64,000 nt of DNA. Source: an uncultured Ruminococcus sp. GTDB taxonomy: Bacteria > Bacillota > Clostridia > Oscillospirales > Acutalibacteraceae. Every line of letters starts with the position of its first letter. Within the stretch, counting starts at the first letter, position 1. The stretch lies in assembly GCA_905235715.1 (NCBI GenBank), contig CAJONB010000001.1, positions 5,714 to 69,713 of the forward strand. The letters are read 5' to 3'. The notes beneath the pieces are model-generated. The model was not told the origin of the DNA, did not search any database, and saw only the letters and a program-made list of their open reading frames with translations. The translations under genes and the position numbers were made by a program. Shown here in pieces: positions 31,525-40,021 of this stretch.

Positions 31525-34500
31525 ATGCAATTGAAAAAAGTAGTAAGTCTGTTATTGGTTATTGCCGTTATGCTGACGCTTACCGTTATCCCGGCTTCTT
31601 TCTCCGCAAAGACTGCGGACGTTGCCGAGACCGGTGCATCAACAAACAATTATAACCTGACAGGCAATGTCCAAACGGGAAACATCCTGCATGCCTTCAA
31701 CTGGCGAATGACCGATCTCGTGAAATATGCACCCGAGATTGCCGCTGCCGGATACAGCGCCGTGCAGATTTCCCCGATTCAAACAACTAAGGTCACCTCT
31801 AATGACGGTTCTTATGCGACCGACTGGTGGTCCTTCTATCAGCCTACCGATATGAAAATCGGTAACGCTCTCGGTACTGCCGCCGACCTGAAAGCAGCTA
31901 CCACCGAGCTGCACAAGTACGGTATCAAGGTCGTAGCGGACGTTGTTACCAACCATGTTCAGAACTGTGAGAACAAGTCAGATGCTAACAACATCAACGC
32001 TACACTGAGAACTTATCTGCGTCATTCTCCTACCGGCAGCATGACGACGACAAGCGACAACACCCGTGAAGCGATGACCCAGAACGATATGGGCGGTCAG
32101 CTTCCCGACATCAATACAAGCAATAAGGACTATCAGAACTATGTTATCAACAATTTGCTTAATCCGCTGGCTGATAACGGCGTAGACGGCTTCCGTTTTG
32201 ACGCTGCGAAGCATATCGAAACGCCCGACGACGCGACAGGCTCTGATTACTGGCCGACAGTCACCTCCGCTATTAAGGCGAAGAACTCCAATGCGTTCAT
32301 TTACGGCGAGGTTCTCGCGAACGCGGGTAAGTTCAATATCAGCTCCTATACCAAGTATATGAACGTTACCGATTATGCTTTCGGCAACACTGTTCGCAGC
32401 GCGCTCTCCAGCAAATCTGCTTCTAATCTGGTCAACTATGGCTACAGCGGTTCTCAGAAGAATCAGAACGTGCTTTGGGTCGAATCCCACGATACCTTCT
32501 GTGACAATACCTCTACCAGCCTGACCAAGAAGCAGCAGATTGTCGGTTGGGCGGTTATCGGCGCCCGTGCCGACGCTCCCGCGCTGTTCTTTGTACGTCC
32601 GAAGCATGAGGCGCTTGATTCTCCCGGCTTCATTAAGTACGATGAGCTGATGGGCGCTCCCGGCGCTGCCGATACATGGAAAGATGTTTCTGTCGTAGCG
32701 GTTAACCACTTCAAGAACGCTTTTGCAGGTCAGAACGAGACCGTCACCGCAAACGGTTCCAACCTCTTTATTCAGCGCGGCACCACCGGTATGGTCATCG
32801 CAAACCTGAACGCTTCTTCCGCTGCCATCAGCCAGAGCTGTACCATGGCGAACGGCACCTATACCGATCAGGTAACCGGTAACAAGTTCACCGTCTCCGG
32901 CGGCAAGATCAGCGGTAATGTCGGTGCTTCCGGCGTTGCGGTCATCTACAACAAGGATGCGAGCAATTCCGCTCCGACAATCTCTCTGAAGCTCGACGGC
33001 ACAACACTGACCCCCGAAACTCTCAGCAGATATACCGCAGCTACCGCTACCATCTCCGTTGATATTGCGGACGCTACCTCCGGTACTATTAAGGTTTCCA
33101 ACCTTTCCGCAGTAAACGTCAAGAACGGTAACACCACCTTCAAGCTCAACAGCACCATTCCTTACGGCAAGAGCATTGATATTACCGTTACCGCAACCAA
33201 CGGAACCAAGACGGTTTCCAGAACCTACAATATCAAGAAGAAGAACCCGAACGAAGCGAAGAAGGTTTACTTCGACAACAGCAACATGAAATGGCCTGTT
33301 GTCTACGTATATTGTAAGACCGGCGAGGCTGCCAGCACACAGATTGCGGCTTACGACGCATATCAGCTGACCGGCACGACTACGGGCGTCTTGTCCTACA
33401 CCGTACCGTCAAATACAAATTATGTCAAGTTCAACGAAGGATACATTCCCGCTACCGGCGACAAGTACGGACGTGCCCACCTGTTCCACAGCATTTCGGA
33501 ATGCGGCGGCTACTGCGGACGTACCATGCCCGAGACCGTTGTGAACTACGGTACTGCCAACAAAAAGGCAAACCGTGAAAACGGCGGCTATAAGCTCGAG
33601 GGTGCGATGATTCTGAAGGATCTCCGCTTTGAGGACTATGGTGATTATCCTGTTGCGACCCTGACCGCTGCCGATACCACTCTCAACGGCTCCACTACAC
33701 CGACAACCGCTCCGCCTACTACTGCGCCTCCTACAACCCCACCTCCTACGCAGAAGCCCACTACTGTTCCTCCTACACAGAGACCTACCTCCGACGGCAG
33801 CAAGCTCCTGCTCGGCGATGCTGATGCTGACGGCACAGTTTCCATCTACGACGCTACCAGAATCCAGAGAAAGCTCGTTGAGCTCGATACAATTGACGCG
33901 AATCATGTGGTTTGTGCGGACGTCGATAAGGACAACGAAATCACCATTCTCGACGCTACTGCTATCCAGCGTTACTTAGCGGGTATTGATAATAAGTACG
34001 GTATTGATACGTACATTGACGGTTCCACTCCCGTAACGCCCACCACTCCCGTAACACCGACCTACGCAGAGGATCCGACCGATCCTTGGAGTGACGACCC
34101 GACTGATGCGCCTATCCCGACTCCCGGTCCGCTTTCGAATGATTTTGTTGCCGTTATCTACTGCGAGGCTTCCGGTACTGACGACGCCAGCAGAAACAAA
34201 GAGGCAAGATTCAATAAATCCACCGGTACGCTGACCTATAACTTTGAGGGTGACAGCTACGTATTTGTACGTAACTATGATACAGGCGTCCAGTATTGCA
34301 CAGACGGCTGGCAGGGCTTCGTCAATCCCGTAACGCTTATCAATGAGAAAAACTTGACTGCTATGTTTGATAAGATGTATGTTCCCGCCGGAACGCATAC
34401 GCTCTATCTTTCCTCAAACGGAGACGATACCTATACCTTAGGCTACGGCGACGGCAGCTCGGTTGATCCCGGCACAGACCCGACATCCCCTTCCGGTGAC

Positions 34501-34812
34501 GGCGATACCTATGATGTATACTTCAGCACCAAGGAATGGGGGACTGTATACGCGTATGTATGGACGACCGGCGGCGGTGATAAACAGAAATGGCCCGGAA
34601 TCCCGATGGATTTTGTAGAAACTAATCCTTACGGCGAGAAGGTATTCAAGTTTACTATCGAGCCTCAGTACGACAATATTATCTATAATAACGGTAACGG
34701 CGCCCAGACAGTCGACCTTGCTCTGGACGGCACACCGAATATGGGCTATTACATCAGCGGTCAGGAGAACGGAAAGTACACCTGCGGTACTTACATCTAC
34801 GGCGTTGAGTAA
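31525..34812 (+). CDS. Secreted multi-modular GH13 alpha-amylase with internal dockerin and CBM26-like starch-binding module(s)
   Basis: Signal peptide; ILHAFNW, DVVTNH, DGFRFDAAKH, YGEVL, WVESHD (catalytic D/E/D intact); Pro/Thr linkers; dockerin GDADADGTVSIYDAT...ADVDKDNEITILDAT; C-terminal VYF...W..VYAYVW...WPG..M...NNGNGAQTVDL. Confidence 0.9.
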   Translation: MQLKKVVSLLLVIAVMLTLTVIPASFSAKTADVAETGASTNNYNLTGNVQTGNILHAFNWRMTDLVKYAPEIAAAGYSAVQISPIQTTKVTSNDGSYATDWWSFYQPTDMKIGNALGTAADLKAATTELHKYGIKVVADVVTNHVQNCENKSDANNINATLRTYLRHSPTGSMTTTSDNTREAMTQNDMGGQLPDINTSNKDYQNYVINNLLNPLADNGVDGFRFDAAKHIETPDDATGSDYWPTVTSAIKAKNSNAFIYGEVLANAGKFNISSYTKYMNVTDYAFGNTVRSALSSKSASNLVNYGYSGSQKNQNVLWVESHDTFCDNTSTSLTKKQQIVGWAVIGARADAPALFFVRPKHEALDSPGFIKYDELMGAPGAADTWKDVSVVAVNHFKNAFAGQNETVTANGSNLFIQRGTTGMVIANLNASSAAISQSCTMANGTYTDQVTGNKFTVSGGKISGNVGASGVAVIYNKDASNSAPTISLKLDGTTLTPETLSRYTAATATISVDIADATSGTIKVSNLSAVNVKNGNTTFKLNSTIPYGKSIDITVTATNGTKTVSRTYNIKKKNPNEAKKVYFDNSNMKWPVVYVYCKTGEAASTQIAAYDAYQLTGTTTGVLSYTVPSNTNYVKFNEGYIPATGDKYGRAHLFHSISECGGYCGRTMPETVVNYGTANKKANRENGGYKLEGAMILKDLRFEDYGDYPVATLTAADTTLNGSTTPTTAPPTTAPPTTPPPTQKPTTVPPTQRPTSDGSKLLLGDADADGTVSIYDATRIQRKLVELDTIDANHVVCADVDKDNEITILDATAIQRYLAGIDNKYGIDTYIDGSTPVTPTTPVTPTYAEDPTDPWSDDPTDAPIPTPGPLSNDFVAVIYCEASGTDDASRNKEARFNKSTGTLTYNFEGDSYVFVRNYDTGVQYCTDGWQGFVNPVTLINEKNLTAMFDKMYVPAGTHTLYLSSNGDDTYTLGYGDGSSVDPGTDPTSPSGDGDTYDVYFSTKEWGTVYAYVWTTGGGDKQKWPGIPMDFVETNPYGEKVFKFTIEPQYDNIIYNNGNGAQTVDLALDGTPNMGYYISGQENGKYTCGTYIYGVE

Positions 34813-34832
34813 GCGTTTCAACCACTAATATT

Positions 34833-34864
34833 TCAGCCGGTACGTTTGTACCGGCTGATTTTTT
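34833..34864 (+). terminator. Terminator after the amylase gene
   Basis: tcagccggtac / gtaccggctga hairpin plus T-run. Confidence 0.85.
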
Positions 34865-34906
34865 GCAGCAATAAAAAATGCCCCGCCAAGCTGCGGAGCG
34901 AAAGAA

Positions 34907-34935
34907 TTGACAAATATTGCAATTACTATTATACT
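34907..34935 (+). promoter_or_regulatory. Near-consensus sigma-A promoter pointing antisense through the HPr-like gene toward mtaB
   Basis: TTGACA (34907-34912), 17 nt, TATACT (34930-34935). Confidence 0.65.
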
Positions 34936-35159
34936 GTATAAGGCTGTAAATCCGATATTAAATCGTCGATATGCTCTCCTTCTGCTTCAAGTTGAATCGG
35001 TTGGGCTAAATCAAGCGACAGAATACCGATAATGGAGTGCGCGTCTACCGAGTAATCGCGACAGCTGAGCATGATTCTGATGTTCGGATATTTTGCAGTC
35101 ATTTCGACAAATGCGCGTGCTTTTGCGATACTTGAAATCGTAACCGTACTGAAATACAT
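34929..35159 (-). CDS. HPr-family phosphocarrier-like protein lacking the His15 motif
   Basis: 76 aa; YSVDAHSIIGILSLDL matches the Ser46 region; no GLHARP motif. Confidence 0.78.
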   Translation of the reverse strand: MYFSTVTISSIAKARAFVEMTAKYPNIRIMLSCRDYSVDAHSIIGILSLDLAQPIQLEAEGEHIDDLISDLQPYTV

Positions 35160-35256
35160 AGAAAACCCTTCTTCCATTCTCTATATTAGCACGATTTAAA
35201 GCGATATGCAACGTTAAATTTGCCGAATATTCCTCCTTTTTGTCAGGTGATTTTAT

Positions 35257-36549
35257 TTGAAATTTTCTATAATGACGTTAGGCTGTAAGGTCAATCAGTA
35301 TGAATCGCAGTTAATGTCGGAGCTTTTGTCAGAAAACGGCTATGAAAACGCGTCCGATTATCACAACGCCGATATCTGCATTATTAATTCCTGTACCGTC
35401 ACCGCGACCGGCGATTCAAAATGCAGAAAAACAATTAATCGTATCCGCAGAGAGAACCCCGACTGCATTATTGTTCTGTGCGGCTGTATGCCGCAGGCTT
35501 TTTCCGATAACCTCACGCTGTTTGAGGGCTGCGACATCGTGATGGGCAATACCGCCCGCAGAGAGATTGTCCCTGTTCTCGATGAATATTTGCGTGACAG
35601 AAATCAAATTATACGCATTGCACCGCATGAAAAGGGAGAAGTATTTGAGCCGATGCAGGTTGGCGGCTTTGAATCCCGCACACGCGCTTTTGTCAAGATT
35701 GAGGATGGCTGTAACCGCTTCTGTTCCTATTGTATTATTCCGTACGCCCGCGGAAGAGTCCGCTCAAAGCCGTTGGATGTTCTCAAAAAAGAGGCAAATG
35801 ATTTGGCTTCTGCGGGATTTAAAGAAATCGTACTGGTCGGAATCAACCTTTCCGCCTACGGTCAGGAATTTGACGCGGATATCTACGACGCGGTCAAGAC
35901 CGTATGCGAGGTTAAAGGCGTCAAGCGCGTGCGATTAGGTTCTGTTGAGCCTGAGCGCATGACGCGTGAAACGCTGGAAAAGCTCGCGAGGCTCGACAAA
36001 TTCTGTCCGCATTTTCATTTATCGCTCCAGTCGGGATGTGACGAAACGCTCAAGCGTATGCGCCGCCACTACAATACTGCCGAATACCGCCGCATTGTCA
36101 ATCAGATTCGCGAGCTGTTTGATAACCCTGCAATTACCACGGATGTAATGGTCGGCTTTGTAGGGGAGAGCGATGAGGAATTTTCACAGTCGCTTTCCTT
36201 TTGCGAAGAAATGGGCTTTGCGAAGACCCACGTCTTTCCGTATTCCCGCAGAAAAGGAACATCTGCCGATAAAATGGACGGGCATATTCCCGAGCGCATC
36301 AAGCATGAACGTTCTAATGTGATGATTTCCCGAATGCTGGACGAGCAAAAACGTTTTTTGCAGAATCAGGTGGGAAAGAGGACGACCGTTTTGATTGAAG
36401 CCGTGGATAAAGACGGCGTTTATGACGGTTATACGCCGAATTATACCCGAGTCAAGCTGAATGATGCGTCATTGCAATCGGGCGAGCTGTATGAAATCAT
36501 CATCACGAAGGCGTATGATGATTACTGCTCCGCCGAGGTCGTCAGATAG
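35257..36549 (+). CDS. mtaB: tRNA t6A37 methylthiotransferase (radical SAM)
   Basis: TLGCKVNQYES, INSCTVT, KIEDGCNRFCSYCIIP (CxxxCxxC), HLSLQSG, HVFPYSRRKGT. Confidence 0.93.
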   Translation: MKFSIMTLGCKVNQYESQLMSELLSENGYENASDYHNADICIINSCTVTATGDSKCRKTINRIRRENPDCIIVLCGCMPQAFSDNLTLFEGCDIVMGNTARREIVPVLDEYLRDRNQIIRIAPHEKGEVFEPMQVGGFESRTRAFVKIEDGCNRFCSYCIIPYARGRVRSKPLDVLKKEANDLASAGFKEIVLVGINLSAYGQEFDADIYDAVKTVCEVKGVKRVRLGSVEPERMTRETLEKLARLDKFCPHFHLSLQSGCDETLKRMRRHYNTAEYRRIVNQIRELFDNPAITTDVMVGFVGESDEEFSQSLSFCEEMGFAKTHVFPYSRRKGTSADKMDGHIPERIKHERSNVMISRMLDEQKRFLQNQVGKRTTVLIEAVDKDGVYDGYTPNYTRVKLNDASLQSGELYEIIITKAYDDYCSAEVVR

Positions 36550-37736
36550 CGCATCACGTTGACGATTTCCGCTTGATTTTCCTCGTTCCGGAAACTGTCA
36601 TAGCTGTATAGAATAAAGCCGTCAGCCTTTGAACGGCGCAGGATTTTGATTTCTGTCTGCAAAATATCATCGTTGTCGAGCCACGTCCCGTCGTCAGCGT
36701 CAGTTCCCGCCTTATATCCGGAAAGTCCGATTAGAAGTTTGAGACGGTCGTGCTTCTTTAAGGCGAGCCATTCGCTAAGACTGTCCTCAAAGGTCAGCGC
36801 GGGATTATCAAGGCTGAAATAGAGCTGAGGGCAGATATAGTCGATATAGCCTTCCTCTGCGCACCACGTTTTAACATCGGCAAATAAGCCGTCGTTGTTG
36901 CCGAGATTTCCCTGCGGCGAGATACCAAAGGCAATATCCTCCTTTGCTTCATGCGCCGCTTGATAGGCGGCGCGTACCATTTCATTGACATTTTGCTTGC
37001 GGAATTCCTCAAGCGTTAACTTCTTATTGTGATTCGCTGTATAGGCTTCGTAATCCGCTTTATCAAAATCGCCGCAGTTTTCCGGATAAAAGTAGTCGTC
37101 AAACTGCACTCCGTCAATATCGTAGTTCTCTACCAGTTCCTTGACGCCGTTTGCAATCAGCTCTTTTGTCGCTTCTAAGGCGGGATTCAGGTACAGACTT
37201 CCGTTGATATTCACCCCGATAGATTCGTCTTTGCTGTAAGGATTCGCCTTGCTTAAACTTGCAGGTGTATTCTTTGTACTGATGCGGTACGGATTGACCC
37301 ATGCGTGGACGTACAAGCCGTTCTCTTTGCATTGCTTTACAATGTATGCCAAAGGGTCAAAACCCGGGTCAACGCCCTGCTCTGAGCTGATGATATGTGA
37401 CCAAGGAAAGTATTTTGACGGATAGATCGCATCACAGAAGGGGCGTACCTGTACAATCATCGTATTGAAGCTTCCCTGCTTCATGTCTTGAATAATGCCG
37501 TCGATTTTATCCTCAAACGCGGATTGTTTATCTTTTTCGTTCTCAACATCAAGCGTCATATACGTGACCCATACGCCGCGTGTTTCTTGCGGCATAGTTG
37601 CTTTTGCGTATGTGACTGTCTTGTCAGGCTGCTTTTTCTGCTGTTCAACTGCTTTCGGCAAATGTGCTTTCAGACTGATTGCCAGTGCCAGCAGCAGGAT
37701 GGATAACACGATCGGCATTATCTTTTTTACTTTCAT
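36522..37736 (-). CDS. Glycoside hydrolase-like 10 family protein (YddW/DigH-like)
   Basis: N-terminal anchor; ETRGVW, VQVRPFCDAIYPS, HAWVNPYR, YDIDGVQFDDYFYP, FGISPQG, DYICPQLY. Confidence 0.85.
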   Translation of the reverse strand: MKVKKIMPIVLSILLLALAISLKAHLPKAVEQQKKQPDKTVTYAKATMPQETRGVWVTYMTLDVENEKDKQSAFEDKIDGIIQDMKQGSFNTMIVQVRPFCDAIYPSKYFPWSHIISSEQGVDPGFDPLAYIVKQCKENGLYVHAWVNPYRISTKNTPASLSKANPYSKDESIGVNINGSLYLNPALEATKELIANGVKELVENYDIDGVQFDDYFYPENCGDFDKADYEAYTANHNKKLTLEEFRKQNVNEMVRAAYQAAHEAKEDIAFGISPQGNLGNNDGLFADVKTWCAEEGYIDYICPQLYFSLDNPALTFEDSLSEWLALKKHDRLKLLIGLSGYKAGTDADDGTWLDNDDILQTEIKILRRSKADGFILYSYDSFRNEENQAEIVNVMRYLTTSAEQ

Positions 37737-37756
37737 TTTATCACTCCGAGGTTTCT

Positions 37757-38035
37757 ATGTTTTATCTTGTGCTTTATTTGATATTGATAAATCTTGTTGC
37801 GATTATCGTGACGGCGCATGATAAGCTGGCCGCGATTCATCATCGGCGCAGAATTCCCGAGCGGGTATTACTGTTAATATCGGCGATGGGCGGCGCTCCG
37901 GCGATGTACCTGACGATGCTTGTCATCCGTCACAAAACGCGCAAGCCTCTTTTTATGATAGGTATTCCTCTGATTTTTATTTTAGAACTTGTAATCATTC
38001 TGGTGACGGCGCATTATGGTTTCCACGCGATATGA
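37757..38035 (+). CDS. DUF1294 family membrane protein
   Basis: HDKLAAIHHRRRIPERVL, GGAPAMYLTMLVIRHKTRK. Confidence 0.85.
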   Translation: MFYLVLYLILINLVAIIVTAHDKLAAIHHRRRIPERVLLLISAMGGAPAMYLTMLVIRHKTRKPLFMIGIPLIFILELVIILVTAHYGFHAI

Positions 38036-38888
38036 ATTTGAGGTAAAGCAGGATAACGACGGAAGTACGCTGCGCACCTTTTTACGGATGGAATGCGGTA
38101 TTACCGCCCGCTCTATGACACTGCTGAAATACGGCGACGGTGGGATTTACCGTGACGGTGAACTGTTAAAGGCGCATGATACCATCCATACGGGCGACAA
38201 AATCACGCTGTTGTTACCGCCCGAGGAAAACAATATCGTTCCGGTTAAGGGCGAGCTTTCTATATTGTACGAGGACGATTATCTGCTGATTGTGAATAAG
38301 CCTGCGAATATGCCGGTTCATCCGACAAAGCAGCATCAGCTTGATACTCTCGCCAATATCGTTTCCGATTATCAGCAAAGCAGGGGAGAGAGCTATACCT
38401 TTCGTGCCCTGAACCGCCTTGATAAGGATACCTCCGGATGTGTGGTGATTGCAAAAGATCGCCTGACCTACGCGCTTGTTCTTCCTACCGTCCGCAAAAC
38501 TTATGTTGCGGTATGTCAGGGAAAAGTGGATGAAGCGGGTATCATTGATATGCCGATCGGTTTGGCGAAGGGCAGCTCCATGAAACGTACAGTGCGCGAG
38601 GACGGCTCTCCGGCAGTAACGCATTACAAGCCGGTTGCATACGGGAACGGTCATACTGTTTTGGAGCTACAGCTTGAAACCGGACGAACGCATCAGATTC
38701 GCTGTCACCTGAGTGCTGCCGGTTATCCGCTTGCAGGCGACGACCTCTACGGCGGGAGCAGGGAACTGATACAATGTCAGGCACTGCATTGTCGCGACGT
38801 TACGCTGATGCATCCTGTCACTAAACAGCAAATTCAGATAACAACGGAAATTCCGAAAGAATTCCTGCAAATAATAAAAGAGGGCTGA
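38016..38888 (+). CDS. RluA family pseudouridine synthase
   Basis: VNKPANMPVHP, LNRLDKDTSG (catalytic Asp), LETGRTHQIRCH, PLAGDDLYG. Confidence 0.93.
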   Translation: MVSTRYEFEVKQDNDGSTLRTFLRMECGITARSMTLLKYGDGGIYRDGELLKAHDTIHTGDKITLLLPPEENNIVPVKGELSILYEDDYLLIVNKPANMPVHPTKQHQLDTLANIVSDYQQSRGESYTFRALNRLDKDTSGCVVIAKDRLTYALVLPTVRKTYVAVCQGKVDEAGIIDMPIGLAKGSSMKRTVREDGSPAVTHYKPVAYGNGHTVLELQLETGRTHQIRCHLSAAGYPLAGDDLYGGSRELIQCQALHCRDVTLMHPVTKQQIQITTEIPKEFLQIIKEG

Positions 38889-38899
38889 ATGCCCTCTTT
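38877..38899. terminator. Bidirectional hairpin overlapping two convergent stop codons
   Basis: aaagagggc / gccctcttt. Confidence 0.6.
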
Positions 38900-39299
38900 A
38901 TTTGATATGTAATCGTTCCTTTTTGTTGACGCCCTTGATTCCTCCCAGCGCGCCGAAAACAATCAGCACAATAAAACGCAGAAGGGTTATTAACCCAATT
39001 GTTTCTCCTGTACTCAGACTCGCGATAAACATAATTACAAATACCGCAAACCCGCAAATCAATCCTAAAATCAATCCGCGGCTTTTGCTCATAGCTGCGC
39101 AGACATACGCGCCGAAGAAACCACCGACAGCGTCGGCAATCAACATGATATACGGCAAAAGCGAATAGGGAATAGCTGACGCAAAGTTGATTACCGCGCA
39201 AATCACGCACAACAGTAGAAGCGTTACGGCGAGCGCTGTTGCAATTCCGATCAATATCTGTTTTATCGGTATTCCACGGCTGTTTATAAATCCGGACAT
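38898..39299 (-). CDS. TIGR04086-like four-TM membrane protein
   Basis: Four hydrophobic helices, KSRGLILGLICG motif, downstream of yajC as in related Clostridia. Confidence 0.7.
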   Translation of the reverse strand: MSGFINSRGIPIKQILIGIATALAVTLLLLCVICAVINFASAIPYSLLPYIMLIADAVGGFFGAYVCAAMSKSRGLILGLICGFAVFVIMFIASLSTGETIGLITLLRFIVLIVFGALGGIKGVNKKERLHIK

Positions 39300-39348
39300 A
39301 AAAAATCACCTCTGTAATTTCTATTCGGAGGTGACTGTTTTTATAATC

Positions 39349-39726
39349 TTACTGTTCTTTTTTTGCGTTTTTCTTTTCTTCTTTTGCTTTTTTCTTTGCT
39401 TCACGCATTTCCTGAAGCTGTTGCACCTTGCTTGCTTTCGGATTCTCGGCAGGCTCTTTGATGGTGTCGACGCTGGAGATTGCCCATTTCTTGAATTTCA
39501 TCTTTACTCTGTCTGAGCCTGTCTCGATGATGAAAGCGTCCTCGTCCTCTTTGATAGCGACGATTCTGCCGACAATGCCGCCGATTGTGGTGACGTCATC
39601 GCCGATAACGATGTTATTGCGCATCGCCTGTTCTTCTTTTTTTCTCTTTGAACTGGGTCTGATCAGTACTAAATAAAGCACACCGAAAAGAGCTACGTAT
39701 ATGAGTATCATTAACCATCCTTGCAT
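39349..39726 (-). CDS. yajC: Preprotein translocase subunit YajC
   Basis: TM helix then LIRPSSKRKKEE, IGDDVTTIGGIVGRIV. Confidence 0.93.
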   Translation of the reverse strand: MQGWLMILIYVALFGVLYLVLIRPSSKRKKEEQAMRNNIVIGDDVTTIGGIVGRIVAIKEDEDAFIIETGSDRVKMKFKKWAISSVDTIKEPAENPKASKVQQLQEMREAKKKAKEEKKNAKKEQ

Positions 39727-39758
39727 GATCATACATCCTTTCTTGCGATTTCTTATCA

Positions 39759-39787
39759 ATTATAACAGTAAAAGTCAACTTTTGCAA
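39759..39787 (-). promoter_or_regulatory. sigma-A promoter for yajC
   Basis: Minus strand TTGCAA, 17 nt, TATAAT with TG extension. Confidence 0.6.
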
Positions 39788-40021
39788 GTATAAATTGCGA
39801 TTGAGTTAAGATATCCAAATTCATTTGTAATTGTTGATAAAACGGCAATACTTTTTTTCTGACGTTTTGGTCAAGTTTCTGTGATAATTTCTTAGTTTTG
39901 TATAGGATACATGAATTTGTTAAAAAATTATTTACACAATCATTCTTTATAATTCTAATAAATAATTATGAATTAGAATTAAATTTGTATAATTATAGTA
40001 GTTTAGAATGGAGTGAAACAG

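Noticed and set aside
33694-34070. Short repeats in the amylase gene as mobile or CRISPR-like repeats
   Set aside because: They encode Pro/Thr linkers (PTTAPP, TPVTP); no spacers or cas genes
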